From the IMG/VR virus record IMGVR_UViG_3300033512_000234, positions 1-26,645 of that record: 26,645 nucleotides of DNA; one strand, 5' to 3'. The stretch's first letter is position 1. Every line of letters begins with the position of its first letter. Under the pieces are notes generated by a model that was given only the letters and a program-made list of their open reading frames with translations, did not search any database and was not told the DNA's origin. This DNA comes from a virus (lineage: Duplodnaviria; Caudoviricetes). The position numbers and the translations under genes were made by a program. This document shows, piece after piece, positions 1 to 9,472 of the stretch.

Positions 1-34
1 CCTAAAAATTCTATACTTTTGAAGAGGTCAAAAA

Positions 35-478
35 ATGGTTATTATTAATAACAAAACAGCGTCCGCGACTTTTATCCTCGGGTTTTCAATCCTCCCCGGC
101 GTTCACTCTTACGACATGACTCCGGAGCAACTCGAAGAGGCTCGCAAAAACGAGCTTTTCGCTCACCGTGAAAAAGAAGAAAAATTCATTTGTAAAAATA
201 TCGACGATGATATCCCCGGATCACAGGATCTTAAGGACTTGAAAGCCGATGCAAGTACGAAAGAGCTCTCCGATATTATCGCCAAAGTCGAAAAGGCTCG
301 CGATGCGGCTAAAAAAGCGGCAGAAAAAGCGGCGGCCGAATCGGACCCGGAGAAAAAGACAAAAGCCGAAGAGACAGCGGCAAAAGCGGCGGCGGCATTG
401 GATAAACTCGAGGAAGCTCTCGAAGTTAGAAAAGCCGAAGTTGAAAAAAAACGTGCAGAGCTTGAAGGTAATCAGTGA
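35..478 (+). CDS. Hypothetical virion-region protein with Ala/Lys/Glu-rich helical C-terminus
   Basis: 147 aa ORF, GAGGT RBS upstream, stop overlaps next start (GTGA); lies just before the head-tail connector genes. Confidence 0.7.
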   Translation: MVIINNKTASATFILGFSILPGVHSYDMTPEQLEEARKNELFAHREKEEKFICKNIDDDIPGSQDLKDLKADASTKELSDIIAKVEKARDAAKKAAEKAAAESDPEKKTKAEETAAKAAAALDKLEEALEVRKAEVEKKRAELEGNQ

Positions 479-855
479 CCCCGGTCGAGTTTATAGCTGT
501 TAGAGAGCCGGGCGTTACTCCCGACTCTCGCCTCGACTCAATGATCGAGCTCACGGCCTTTTATTTAGGGGAGGACGCTCTCGGGCGTTCATACCCTATT
601 TGTCAAGGGCTTTTAGTTCTTCATTGGTTGTCAATGGAGGAGCAAGCGGGAGGGAGTTCTCTCTCTTCGGCGGCCGGTCCTCTATCGAGTGAGCAAGAGG
701 GCGACCTGTCTAAATCTTACGCGACAAGCGAGACAAAGATCTCCGGACTTACGGGAATGGAAAATTTGAACGCTACCGCATACGGGAAAGAGCTCGCGGC
801 GATGATACGGGCCAACGTCTCAACGGCGTTTCTCGCGACGGACCCGCTCGCATGA
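475..855 (+). CDS. Head-tail adaptor (DUF4054-like)
   Basis: 126 aa; motifs GLLVLHWL, SEQEGDLSKSY, LNATAYGKEL match my recollection of DUF4054 proteins; synteny. Confidence 0.75.
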   Translation: MTPVEFIAVREPGVTPDSRLDSMIELTAFYLGEDALGRSYPICQGLLVLHWLSMEEQAGGSSLSSAAGPLSSEQEGDLSKSYATSETKISGLTGMENLNATAYGKELAAMIRANVSTAFLATDPLA

Positions 856-1325
856 ACTCGGCAGAGCTTTTACACCCTCGCAAGTATGCGGCGGCTATGG
901 CGAAGCTCCGGGCCTCTCTTGACGTTTTGGACTCGGCAGAACTCGCGGTCGGTTTTCCAAAGGGGAAAGCCCCAAAGCCGCCAACGGAACCGGACGGGCC
1001 TAAAACAATGGCGGACATTGCAACAATCGCGGCGATAAACGACGCCGAACGACCATTTTTAGCGGCGGGATTAAAAGCCGGGTCAAAAATGATACGGGCC
1101 GCTCAATACAAGGCGGTCGAAATGGTGTTCGACGGAGGCCGCCCGATTGATGCAATAGGAATGGTCGGAGAAGTAGCGGCGGCAAGGGTTCGCGACTACA
1201 TTATCCGGGGAGACCACAAGCGGAACGCCGATTCTACTATCGCGAGAAAGAAGTCGACAAAACCGCTAATCGACACGGGCCAAATGAAGGCGACCGTCAC
1301 ATTTTCAATTCGTCGACGGGGATAA
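852..1325 (+). CDS. Neck / virion morphogenesis protein
   Basis: 157 aa; ERPFL and NADSTIARKKSTKPLIDTGQM motifs typical of myophage neck proteins. Confidence 0.8.
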   Translation: MNSAELLHPRKYAAAMAKLRASLDVLDSAELAVGFPKGKAPKPPTEPDGPKTMADIATIAAINDAERPFLAAGLKAGSKMIRAAQYKAVEMVFDGGRPIDAIGMVGEVAAARVRDYIIRGDHKRNADSTIARKKSTKPLIDTGQMKATVTFSIRRRG

Positions 1326-1326
1326 A

Positions 1327-1671
1327 ATGGGATTTAGAAGAGCGGCGACACTTATCCGGAAAAGCGGCGGGACTTACGTCTCCGGGCGTTGGGTCGAAGG
1401 AACGGAAACACGGACGCCGATAAAAGTATCCGTGCAACACCGGGAAGTCGAGGGCTCGACAGACAGACGCGAGCCTCTTCCGGAGAATGAAAGAAGCGAG
1501 AGCGGCGTAACGATGTATACGTCGACGGAACTCAAGCCGGGAGGACGTCCCGGGATTGAAGCGGATCGGGTAGAGGTCGACGGCACTATCTACGAAATTA
1601 AAACGGTCGAAGCGTGGAAAAACGGATTAATCAATCACTATAAAGCAACGGCGGCGGAGGTTATAGCGTGA
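1327..1671 (+). CDS. Head-closure / head-tail joining protein
   Basis: 114 aa; G.YV.GRWVEG, LPE.ER, ADRVEVDG..YEI..VE.W....HYKA pattern; synteny. Confidence 0.7.
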   Translation: MGFRRAATLIRKSGGTYVSGRWVEGTETRTPIKVSVQHREVEGSTDRREPLPENERSESGVTMYTSTELKPGGRPGIEADRVEVDGTIYEIKTVEAWKNGLINHYKATAAEVIA

Positions 1672-2201
1672 GAGACATTATAACCGAAGTACAGGACCCG
1701 GCTCGGGAGTTCGTTGTAAATGCTCTCTCCGGGTTTATCCTCGAGGAGTCTATCGTTTGGGGAGACAAAGACGGACCGACCCCGGCGGAGCCTTGCACGG
1801 TTCTGTTTTTTACGCCAACGGGGAGCCCGGCGACAGATTCGGTTGATCAAATCGGAGTAGATTCGGCACAATTGACCGGAATCCGCGAGGCGTCAATCGA
1901 TATTCGCGTTTTTGCCGGTGGTGATTCAATGGCGTTAGGGTATAGACTCGAAGCGGCCGCAAATATCGACGAAATGACAGCCCCGGCAACGGACGCGGGC
2001 GTTTTTATATATGACACCGACAGCCCGAGAGATTTATCGTATGTTAAAGACGGAAAGCAAAGAAACGCGGCGGGGATCGCGTTCTCTATCCGTTGGAATG
2101 AATCCGAGACATTCGACCGGGCGAGTATTGAGTCGGTAACAATCACGGGAAACATGACAAGCGATAGCGGCCAAACCTACACGGCCGATATCAAGGTTTA
2201 A
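1668..2201 (+). CDS. Tail terminator / neck terminator protein
   Basis: 177 aa, GTG overlapping previous stop, directly upstream of sheath; ends IESVTITG. Confidence 0.65.
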   Translation: MRDIITEVQDPAREFVVNALSGFILEESIVWGDKDGPTPAEPCTVLFFTPTGSPATDSVDQIGVDSAQLTGIREASIDIRVFAGGDSMALGYRLEAAANIDEMTAPATDAGVFIYDTDSPRDLSYVKDGKQRNAAGIAFSIRWNESETFDRASIESVTITGNMTSDSGQTYTADIKV

Positions 2202-2225
2202 AACTAGAAAACGGAGGGGGAGCTA

Positions 2226-3329
2226 ATGGGCTCTATCAACGGAATTGTTGACGTACAAATCACGGCGGGCACGGCGGGAGTTACCGCGAAGGCCTTCGGG
2301 GTCGGTCTCATTGTTGGGACCTCGAAAAATTTCGCAAGTACAACAGCGGGACGCTATCGCGTTCGAGAGTATACCGGAATCGATGCGGTTAAAATCGATT
2401 ATTTGGATACTACAGCGGAATACAAAGAAGCGGCGGCATATTTTGGACAAAATCCTCGCCCGGCTCGCGTTCTTATCGGCCAAAAGTGGACCGACGACAC
2501 GGATTTCGCCGAAGCTCTCGACGAAATTACGGCATTGAATCCGGCGTGGTATATGCTGATTTTGTGTTCTCGTATTATTGCGGAACAAGTAACGGCGTCG
2601 ACGTGGATACAGGCGGACGACTCTCGGATCTTTATCGCGGCGAGTTCCGACTCGGAACTCAAAGAGGCAAAAGCGGACGACTCAACGAGTATTTGGGCCC
2701 TCGCAAAAGCTAACGACAGAACATTCGTAATTTTTCACAGTTCGGCCGCTACGGTTTACCCCGACGGTGGAGTCGCGGGGGTAATTTCGACCTATCAACC
2801 GGGTTCGTGGACTCTTCATTTGAAGAAAATCCGCGGGATCGACGTCGACCAAATGAGCGACAACGTAAAAGGCATTTTGCACGACAAGGGCGTAAACACT
2901 TACCTCGAAATAGGCGGGGCGTCTTGTATCGAAGGATCAAAGACTCTTATCGCGACGGGTAATAGAGAAACCGGCGGCGAGTGGCTCGATATTATCGTTT
3001 TCGCGGATTGGCTCCGGGCTCGTATCGCGGAAGGTGTTTTCTCTGTTATGCTCAATGCGAAAAAAATCCCGTATACAATGCAAGGGGCGGCGATGATCGA
3101 AAGCCCTACCCGTGCGGTTCTCGAGCTCGGACAAGACGCCGGAGGAATTTCTCCCGCTTCTGTTGACGAAGACGATGTACAAAACGGAGGTTTTTCGGTT
3201 ACTGTTATCGACCCGGCCACAATGCCGACGGCAGACAAACAGGCCCGCAAATACAACGGCGTTTCGTTTGTTGCATTCCTCGCGGGGGCAATGCACTATA
3301 ATCAAATTAACGGTACAATCACCTATTAA
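2226..3329 (+). CDS. Contractile tail sheath protein (DUF3383-like)
   Basis: 367 aa; IVDVQIT, EYKEAAAYFGQNPRP, PGSWTLHLK, GEWLDII...DWL, KIPYT..G, LAGAMH...INGT; GGAGG RBS. Confidence 0.85.
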   Translation: MGSINGIVDVQITAGTAGVTAKAFGVGLIVGTSKNFASTTAGRYRVREYTGIDAVKIDYLDTTAEYKEAAAYFGQNPRPARVLIGQKWTDDTDFAEALDEITALNPAWYMLILCSRIIAEQVTASTWIQADDSRIFIAASSDSELKEAKADDSTSIWALAKANDRTFVIFHSSAATVYPDGGVAGVISTYQPGSWTLHLKKIRGIDVDQMSDNVKGILHDKGVNTYLEIGGASCIEGSKTLIATGNRETGGEWLDIIVFADWLRARIAEGVFSVMLNAKKIPYTMQGAAMIESPTRAVLELGQDAGGISPASVDEDDVQNGGFSVTVIDPATMPTADKQARKYNGVSFVAFLAGAMHYNQINGTITY

Positions 3330-3340
3330 GAGGGGGAGAC

Positions 3341-3778
3341 ATGAGTCTCGGAAATTACAGCCCAAAACTCGTAACTCTTATCGTTGCGGGCGTTCTCGTT
3401 CAAGGATACGCCGACGATAATTTCATCGAGATTACGCAGGAGGAGGACGATTTCACACTATATAAAAGTGTCGATGGTCCGGTCTCTCGTGCGATGAATG
3501 CAGACGAAACCGTCGTAATTAAAGTTTCTTTGGCACAAACGAGCCTCTCGAATGATCATTTCGCGGGTCTCCGCAAAGTGGACAAAGCGACGGGAATCGG
3601 GGCGTTCCCTGTTATGCTCAAAGAGCTAAACGGGACTACTCTTTACACAAGTGCAACGGCAATGTTTAAAAAGAACGCCGGGAAGAAGTACGGGAAAAAC
3701 GTCGGGGCGGTAGATTGGGAAATCATTCTCCCGAATGCCCTCGGATTTACCGGAGGAAACATTCCTCTCGGATTGTAA
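3341..3778 (+). CDS. Tail tube protein (DUF3277-like)
   Basis: 145 aa after sheath; YSPK.V, GYADD.FI, DG.VSR, L.QTS.SN motifs. Confidence 0.85.
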   Translation: MSLGNYSPKLVTLIVAGVLVQGYADDNFIEITQEEDDFTLYKSVDGPVSRAMNADETVVIKVSLAQTSLSNDHFAGLRKVDKATGIGAFPVMLKELNGTTLYTSATAMFKKNAGKKYGKNVGAVDWEIILPNALGFTGGNIPLGL

Positions 3779-3814
3779 GAAATAGAAACGTATAAACGGG
3801 AAAGAGGTCAAACC

Positions 3815-4315
3815 GTGAAATTTTTTGAAAAACAAATAGGTAACCATTTTTACAAAGCGGGGGCTTTTCCGGCGAGAAAAGCCCTCTCTCTAAAGTTGAA
3901 ACTCGCGGGGCTTTTGGGCCCGGCGTTGTCGTCGATTAAAATCAACGACGTAGGTGGAGCGGACTCTCTCAACGGGCTAACAAGCTCGGACGGCGTGTCT
4001 ATCTCCGGGGACGAAATGAAGGTGATCGCGGTTATCGCCTCGGCTATCGGCGGGGCTCTCGCGAATATCAACGAAAAGCAATTTATGGGAATCGTCGACG
4101 AAATGATTGAGCTCGTAGAGGTTAAGGAGAACGATACACTCGGATACTCCAAACTCTCGGCCTCGTTCGACACTATTTATATGTGTGACCTCGGAGAGCT
4201 TTATCTCGTTCTCGCGGAGGTGTTCGTCTTGAATTTCCCTTTTTTGGTCAAAGGTCTATCGAATCTCCGGGGTATTACGTCCCGCTTACAGGGGAAGACG
4301 ACGACCTCGCACTAG
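3815..4315 (+). CDS. Tail assembly chaperone (gpG-like)
   Basis: 166 aa between tube and tape measure; GAGGT RBS; NFPFL codons contain slippery CCCTTTTTTG. Confidence 0.8.
   Translation: MKFFEKQIGNHFYKAGAFPARKALSLKLKLAGLLGPALSSIKINDVGGADSLNGLTSSDGVSISGDEMKVIAVIASAIGGALANINEKQFMGIVDEMIELVEVKENDTLGYSKLSASFDTIYMCDLGELYLVLAEVFVLNFPFLVKGLSNLRGITSRLQGKTTTSH
4237..4246 (+). other. Programmed -1 frameshift slippery site
   Basis: C CCT TTT and T TTT TTG are both in-frame X XXY YYZ heptamers. Confidence 0.7.
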
Positions 4316-4527
4316 ATATTTCAAAACGGTTACAAAAAAGGCTCTCTCGTGAAATGCAAGACGAGTCTATAATTTGGTCGGCGGTCTCTTCGGGGGCCGC
4401 TACTCTCCCGGAGCTAGAAACATCGATAAGCCTCGACGACCTCGAAAGACTCCTCGCGTATAAAGCATACGAGGCGGACGTCCGGGAAGAGTTCAAAAAG
4501 GCAAAGGATAAAAATAAAAATGACTAA
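4243..4527 (+). CDS. -1 frame extension of tail chaperone (gpT-like); not in the ORF track
   Basis: Frame open 4189-4527, encoding ...IIWSAVSSGAATLPELETSISLDDLERLLAY...; reached by -1 slip at 4237-4246 or from ATG 4354; overlaps TMP start. Confidence 0.75.
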   Translation, partial: FGQRSIESPGYYVPLTGEDDDLALDISKRLQKRLSREMQDESIIWSAVSSGAATLPELETSISLDDLERLLAYKAYEADVREEFKKAKDKNKND

Positions 4528-6277
4528 CATTATCGACGAGTTTGTCGCTCTTATAAAATGGAAAGTCGACGACGCGGGCCTCAAGAAGTTTCAACAAGAA
4601 GCGGAAAGCCTCGGCGGAAGCCTCTCGAAGGTTGGGGGGAGTCTAATCGGTATTGGGGCCGCTCTTTCGGCGGGCGTCACCCTTCCCATTGTTGCACTCG
4701 GAAAGGCGGCAATGGGAGCGGCGTCGGAGCTCGAGGATTTACAAACGAGTTTCTCCGTATTGCTCGGAGATAGAGAAAAGGCCGCAAAGCTCGCGGAAGA
4801 TATTCAAAAAATGGGAGCCTCGACTCCTTACGAATCCCGGGATTTGGCACAAGCTACAAAAACGATGCTCTCTTTCGGTATTGCACACGAAAAGGTTTTG
4901 CCGATCATGGCCCGCGTCGGAGACGTGGCTCTCGGAAACAAAGACCGCTTTTCGTCTCTCTCTCTTCAAATGGCAAAAATGACAAGCCTCGGCCGTTTAC
5001 AGGGTGATATGCTAAACTCTATGGTCGACGCCGGGTTCAATCCTTTGCAGACAATCGCAAAACAAACAGGGAAAACCGTCGCCGATCTTACGAAAGAGCT
5101 CGAAAAAGGGAAGATCTCGGCCGAAATGGTTTTCGAAGCCTTGCGGATAGAGACCTCAAAGGGCGGGAAATTCTTCAATGGTATGTTGACCGCTTCGGAA
5201 ACTCTAAGCGGAAGAATCTCGACTCTCAAAGACGACTTTACCCAACTACTCGGGGCAATCGGTACGGATCTACTCGACACGGCTAAAACGCTCGTAATTC
5301 ATTTAGACAATGCAATAAAATTACTCCGCTCTATGGTTGATATGTTCACGAAGCTACCAAAGCCGATCAAAGCGGCGGTTTATTCCTTCGCGGCTATCGT
5401 CGCGGCCATTGGCCCGATACTGTTAGCTCTCGGCGGCGTTATCGCGTTTATCGGGGCAATTGCGGAAGGCGTGGCCGTTATTGTCGCTAATTGGGCCGTA
5501 ATCTCCGGAATACTTGCAACTATCGGGGCGGTATTCTCCGAAATCATTCTCCCGATTCTTGCAATCGCGGCGGCAATCGCGGCGGTAGTCGCCATTTTTG
5601 CGGTATTGAAAAACGATTTTGATGTTTGGAAATCCGGAGGGAAATCGGCTCTTTCTACACTATGGGAAGGGTTCGAAAGCCTTAAGCAAAAAGCTCTCGA
5701 CTTTTGGGCCGCAATACGCCCGACTCTCGAAATGCTCGGAGGTCTCCTTTTGGCGAGTGCTAGACTCGTCGGTGTTGCTCTTGTCGCGGCGTGGGACAAC
5801 TTCAAAAGAGGCGTTGAGGTCCTTTGGGCGGTAGCGGGTCCGATGCTCGATTTATTCCTCGGCGGCCTTTTGGCAATCGGTCGCGTGTTGTTACCGTTGG
5901 GGCAATTCCTTTACACGGTACTCGGCCCGGCGTTTCAATGGATCGGCGGAATTATCGAACAATCATTCGGGAACGCTCTCCGGGCTCTCTCGTTGATTTG
6001 GGACTCGGCTCCGGTTCGGTTCATTCGTGACAACTTGAAAAAACTATCGGATTTCGGATACTCCGGAGAGTGGAATAACGGAGGGTCGACGGCTACCTCG
6101 ACAAATACCCGCTACACAATGGCGGGAGCGTCGAATAGCTCGACATATAACGCCGGAGGGTTCTCTCTCTCATTCGGCGGCACAAATGCAAGCCCGGAAG
6201 AGATTCGGACGGCGACGTCCTCGGCTATGGTCGACGGGTTTAGGATGGTAGAACGTAACAACGGGGGGCGGCCTTAA
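4520..6277 (+). CDS. Tape measure protein
   Basis: 585 aa; VTLPIVALG, STPYE...L, TLSGRISTLKD tape-measure signatures, central hydrophobic segment, aromatic periodicity. Confidence 0.9.
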   Translation: MTNIIDEFVALIKWKVDDAGLKKFQQEAESLGGSLSKVGGSLIGIGAALSAGVTLPIVALGKAAMGAASELEDLQTSFSVLLGDREKAAKLAEDIQKMGASTPYESRDLAQATKTMLSFGIAHEKVLPIMARVGDVALGNKDRFSSLSLQMAKMTSLGRLQGDMLNSMVDAGFNPLQTIAKQTGKTVADLTKELEKGKISAEMVFEALRIETSKGGKFFNGMLTASETLSGRISTLKDDFTQLLGAIGTDLLDTAKTLVIHLDNAIKLLRSMVDMFTKLPKPIKAAVYSFAAIVAAIGPILLALGGVIAFIGAIAEGVAVIVANWAVISGILATIGAVFSEIILPILAIAAAIAAVVAIFAVLKNDFDVWKSGGKSALSTLWEGFESLKQKALDFWAAIRPTLEMLGGLLLASARLVGVALVAAWDNFKRGVEVLWAVAGPMLDLFLGGLLAIGRVLLPLGQFLYTVLGPAFQWIGGIIEQSFGNALRALSLIWDSAPVRFIRDNLKKLSDFGYSGEWNNGGSTATSTNTRYTMAGASNSSTYNAGGFSLSFGGTNASPEEIRTATSSAMVDGFRMVERNNGGRP

Positions 6278-7014
6278 TGGATAATCCGGCAAAAATTCAA
6301 CCGGGGCTCGTTTTTTATGACGACGACGCCGCGTTCTCGAATCCGGTTTTCGCCGCCGATTTAGTTCTCTCGGAAGCTCACGCGGTCGAAGTATCGGCAA
6401 CAAAAAACCCGGTCGAAAGAGGCGTCGACATTACGGACCATTTGCGGCCCGAGCCTTTGCAGTTCGTCGGGGAAATGTTCCTCACCGGCTCGCCTCTTGT
6501 CGCGGGTACGGACCGGAACGCAAATTCGGCGATTTACCTCGGGGGAGAACTCGGGGCGGGCATTGCGGCGGCTCAAGGGGCGAACACTCGGAGAGAGTGG
6601 GAGGAGCGTCTCGCGTCGGTCTATGCGGACCTCGAGAGACTCGCAAGAGGAGAGGGGCCTCGAGGTATCTCTCTTTTCAAGGTCGCTACCTCTATCAAAA
6701 TTTATAAATCAATGGCATTGACCCGGGTCGAGCTCAATCGGCAAGCGTCGAGCGAACTATCCGCAAAAATCCGGATCTCTTTTTCGGAGATTCGAGTCGT
6801 TGGGTTGAAATCGGTCCCGGCTATGGTCTCACCGTCTCCGGTTACACCGAAGAACAAAGCAAAGACAGAAGCGGCCCGGCAATCTCAAGACGACCAAAAA
6901 GGCGGACCGGCAACGACTAAAGACGCGAACGAATCTTGGTTAAATGCGGGAGTCGAAGGCCGGGCAAATCCCGCGGACGTTGTTCTCGGATCATTAAAGG
7001 GGCTTATCAAATGA
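6277..7014 (+). CDS. Tail tube initiator / Dit-like baseplate protein
   Basis: 245 aa after TMP; SEAH.....T.NPVERG.DITDH...EP and Y..M motifs. Confidence 0.75.
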   Translation: MDNPAKIQPGLVFYDDDAAFSNPVFAADLVLSEAHAVEVSATKNPVERGVDITDHLRPEPLQFVGEMFLTGSPLVAGTDRNANSAIYLGGELGAGIAAAQGANTRREWEERLASVYADLERLARGEGPRGISLFKVATSIKIYKSMALTRVELNRQASSELSAKIRISFSEIRVVGLKSVPAMVSPSPVTPKNKAKTEAARQSQDDQKGGPATTKDANESWLNAGVEGRANPADVVLGSLKGLIK

Positions 7015-7358
7015 ATATTGTACAAATCCCCGTTATGAGTTTTCCCTCGTTCTCTTACGACATGAGACTCGGCGAGGCATACGTCCGGGTAAAGCTCAAC
7101 TTTGCGGAGACTATAAAGCGTTGGTTTATCTCTCTTGAAAATGCAGAGAATGGCGTCGCCTATGTTTCCGGCGTAAAAGTCGTGCCGGGCGTGTTTCTAT
7201 TCACGAATTACCGGGCTCACCTTCCGGAAGGAATGACCGGCGATATTTTCGCGGGATCGACCGATCTATCGGCACTCTCGGAGGCTATCGAGTCGGGGAT
7301 CTCTTACGAGGCCCTCACCTCCGGAGGAATAGGGCTTTTCTATTCCGGGGGTAATTGA
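7011..7358 (+). CDS. Small baseplate protein (plug-like)
   Basis: Start reassigned to ATG 7011 (ATGA overlap); 115 aa, IP...RWFISL...GVKVVPG. Confidence 0.7.
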   Translation: MNIVQIPVMSFPSFSYDMRLGEAYVRVKLNFAETIKRWFISLENAENGVAYVSGVKVVPGVFLFTNYRAHLPEGMTGDIFAGSTDLSALSEAIESGISYEALTSGGIGLFYSGGN

Positions 7359-8227
7359 TGGATGCGGGGCTCTATTTCGACCGATCGGCGGATATTCAAC
7401 TCTCTAAAAAGGGGACGCCGGTCGCTCTATCTCTTTCGGGGCTCCGGGTTGAGTTCGTAGTATCAAAAAGCAAAGACGAGAACGTCGCGTCGTTCAAGGT
7501 TTACAACGTGGGACCCACAACGGCCGCTCAATTGTCGGTAGGGCTTTTGATTACTCTCTCGGCGGGGTACAAGGGGAGAGAGTCGTCGATCTTTTCCGGA
7601 GACGTTATAGATATTAAAAAAGGGGTTCAAGGCCCCGACACGATTATCGAAATTATTTCAAGAGCCGGAGCCTCGAGTTTACGCTCCGGAATATTCTCGT
7701 TTTCTTATGGTCGAGCGGTCTCGGCGTTCGGCGTCCTCCGTGACCTCGGGGCCCGAATTGGTGTTCCGCTCGACCTAAAGACGGGAGATTTGACAGACCG
7801 GCCATATTCGAACGGGTGGTCGTTTGTTGGGAAAGCTATCGACGCCCTCCGGGAAGTAGCGGAGAGAGTCGGCGGCCGCGTTGTTCAATATCCCGGGGCG
7901 GTTGTTATTGCCTCGAGAGATATCGCGGTCCCGGCGTCCCTCGAAATAGCTCTTTTGTCGAGCTCTTCGGGCCTTTTGGGATCTCCTTCGAGACTAACGG
8001 AAGAAGAAGCGGCCAAAGACGGAACGACAGGCGACAAGAAGAAGCGGCACGGGTGGCAATTCTCAAGCCTAATCGATGGCAGAATAGTACACGGGGGACT
8101 TGTAAACATTCAAAGCCTATCAATCCCCGGAGGCTCGGCAGTCGTAACGGTCGGCGAGTTAAAAATAACGGGGGATACACACGGCGAGGCATGGCGAATG
8201 GATGTAAAGGGGTACGATAGAAAATGA
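7358..8227 (+). CDS. Baseplate hub protein
   Basis: About 289 aa; LRVEF.V.KS, VYN, LSAGY....IFSGD, SGLLGSP, GDTHG..W motifs. Confidence 0.8.
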   Translation: MDAGLYFDRSADIQLSKKGTPVALSLSGLRVEFVVSKSKDENVASFKVYNVGPTTAAQLSVGLLITLSAGYKGRESSIFSGDVIDIKKGVQGPDTIIEIISRAGASSLRSGIFSFSYGRAVSAFGVLRDLGARIGVPLDLKTGDLTDRPYSNGWSFVGKAIDALREVAERVGGRVVQYPGAVVIASRDIAVPASLEIALLSSSSGLLGSPSRLTEEEAAKDGTTGDKKKRHGWQFSSLIDGRIVHGGLVNIQSLSIPGGSAVVTVGELKITGDTHGEAWRMDVKGYDRK

Positions 8228-8733
8228 GTAATTCGGCGGAACTATTCGAAGCTATCGAGGGGGCAGTCGAGGCGGTAATCTCTCGGAAATCTTCCGGCAT
8301 TCATACGGCATTGCCGGGCATTGTTGAGCGGTTCGAGGCGGGCGTCGTTGATGTTAAGCCGTCGGTATCAATCATTGACGAAAACGGGGACGCGGTAGAA
8401 CTCCCGGTCGTCGTTGGCGTCCCTGTTGTGTACCAAAGAAGCGGAGATTTTTCTCTCACGTTCCCCTTGTCTCCGGGTGACTCTGTTTTGCTCGTTTTTT
8501 GCGAGGCGTCAATCGAGGGATTTATCGAGACTGGCGGAGAGTCGGTGCAAGAGGACCGGAGACGGCATTCTCTCACGGACGCGGTAGCTATCCCGGGCCT
8601 GTTCGGTGGCCAAAAAGGAAAAACTCCCGCAAATTGGAACGTCACATCGATTCAATACGGAAAAGCGGAAATGACTATCGACAAAGACGGCACATTTGAT
8701 ATTAACGGCGGGGCTCTCCGGGTGACTCAATGA
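8224..8733 (+). CDS. Baseplate central spike (Gp138/gpV-like)
   Basis: 169 aa; HTALPG.V, VPV, FPL..GD.VLLVF.E.SI, RRHSLTDAVAIPG. Confidence 0.85.
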   Translation: MSNSAELFEAIEGAVEAVISRKSSGIHTALPGIVERFEAGVVDVKPSVSIIDENGDAVELPVVVGVPVVYQRSGDFSLTFPLSPGDSVLLVFCEASIEGFIETGGESVQEDRRRHSLTDAVAIPGLFGGQKGKTPANWNVTSIQYGKAEMTIDKDGTFDINGGALRVTQ

Positions 8734-9110
8734 GCGTGGAACTATTCGCCGTCTCTCCGGGTTACGTTGTAGCGGTAACGCCTAAAACGGCCGCAATACC
8801 GGGAGCGTTCTCCGGGTTCTCTGTTGTAGAGCAAAAAGCCCCGAGAGCTACGGCCTCCGGAGCCGATATTCTAGTCGGTTCTATTTCGTGGACCGCCGCG
8901 GCGTGTATTTTAACGGGCGGGGCATTTACAGCAGGAGCGGGGAGCATTGCGGCAACGTCTCAAAAAAACAAATGTGACGGGCTCGCACCAATAAGAGAGG
9001 GCGACTCCGGGATGTGTTCCGGGGCCTTTTCGACTCAAGCGGGGGCGGTCCCTTGCTCGTGCGAGTACAAAATAGCGACGGCCGGACAAACGAAGGCGGG
9101 GGGATTGTGA
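8730..9110 (+). CDS. Putative spike-tip (PAAR-like) protein
   Basis: 126 aa Gly/Ala-rich after spike; SQKNKCDGLAPIREGDSGMC and AGQTK segments; several Cys. Confidence 0.6.
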   Translation: MSVELFAVSPGYVVAVTPKTAAIPGAFSGFSVVEQKAPRATASGADILVGSISWTAAACILTGGAFTAGAGSIAATSQKNKCDGLAPIREGDSGMCSGAFSTQAGAVPCSCEYKIATAGQTKAGGL

Positions 9111-9472
9111 AGGATATAAAACTCAAGAGATTAGACGACGGGACGTTCGACATAGATACGGATACCGGCGACGAGGTTTTAATTAGTGGACTCGATGCTC
9201 TAAAGCAACGACTCGAAATAAAGCTCGCACACATCGGCGGAGAGTGGTATTTGGATACAAAAGCGGGGGGCGTGTCGTTTGACTACCTCGGCGGCAAATT
9301 GAAGGACCTTTCAATCGCAAAACGTATTTTACGGGAATCAATCGAGGAGGACACGGAAGTCCTCGCGGTATCCCGTATGGATGCCTCACTCGACAACAGG
9401 ACGAGAGTTTTATCGGTCTATTTTGAAGTTTCAACCATATACGGGGATTATTCTCAAGGGGTAAAAATATGA
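9107..9472 (+). CDS. Baseplate wedge / sheath initiator (gp25/gp46-like)
   Basis: Start reassigned to GTG 9107; 121 aa; KQRL..KL....GEWYLD...G, R.LSV.FEVSTIYG. Confidence 0.8.
   Translation: MKDIKLKRLDDGTFDIDTDTGDEVLISGLDALKQRLEIKLAHIGGEWYLDTKAGGVSFDYLGGKLKDLSIAKRILRESIEEDTEVLAVSRMDASLDNRTRVLSVYFEVSTIYGDYSQGVKI

Noticed and set aside
290-400. AAAAGCGGC repeats
   Set aside because: Explained by the Lys-Ala-Ala low-complexity protein sequence
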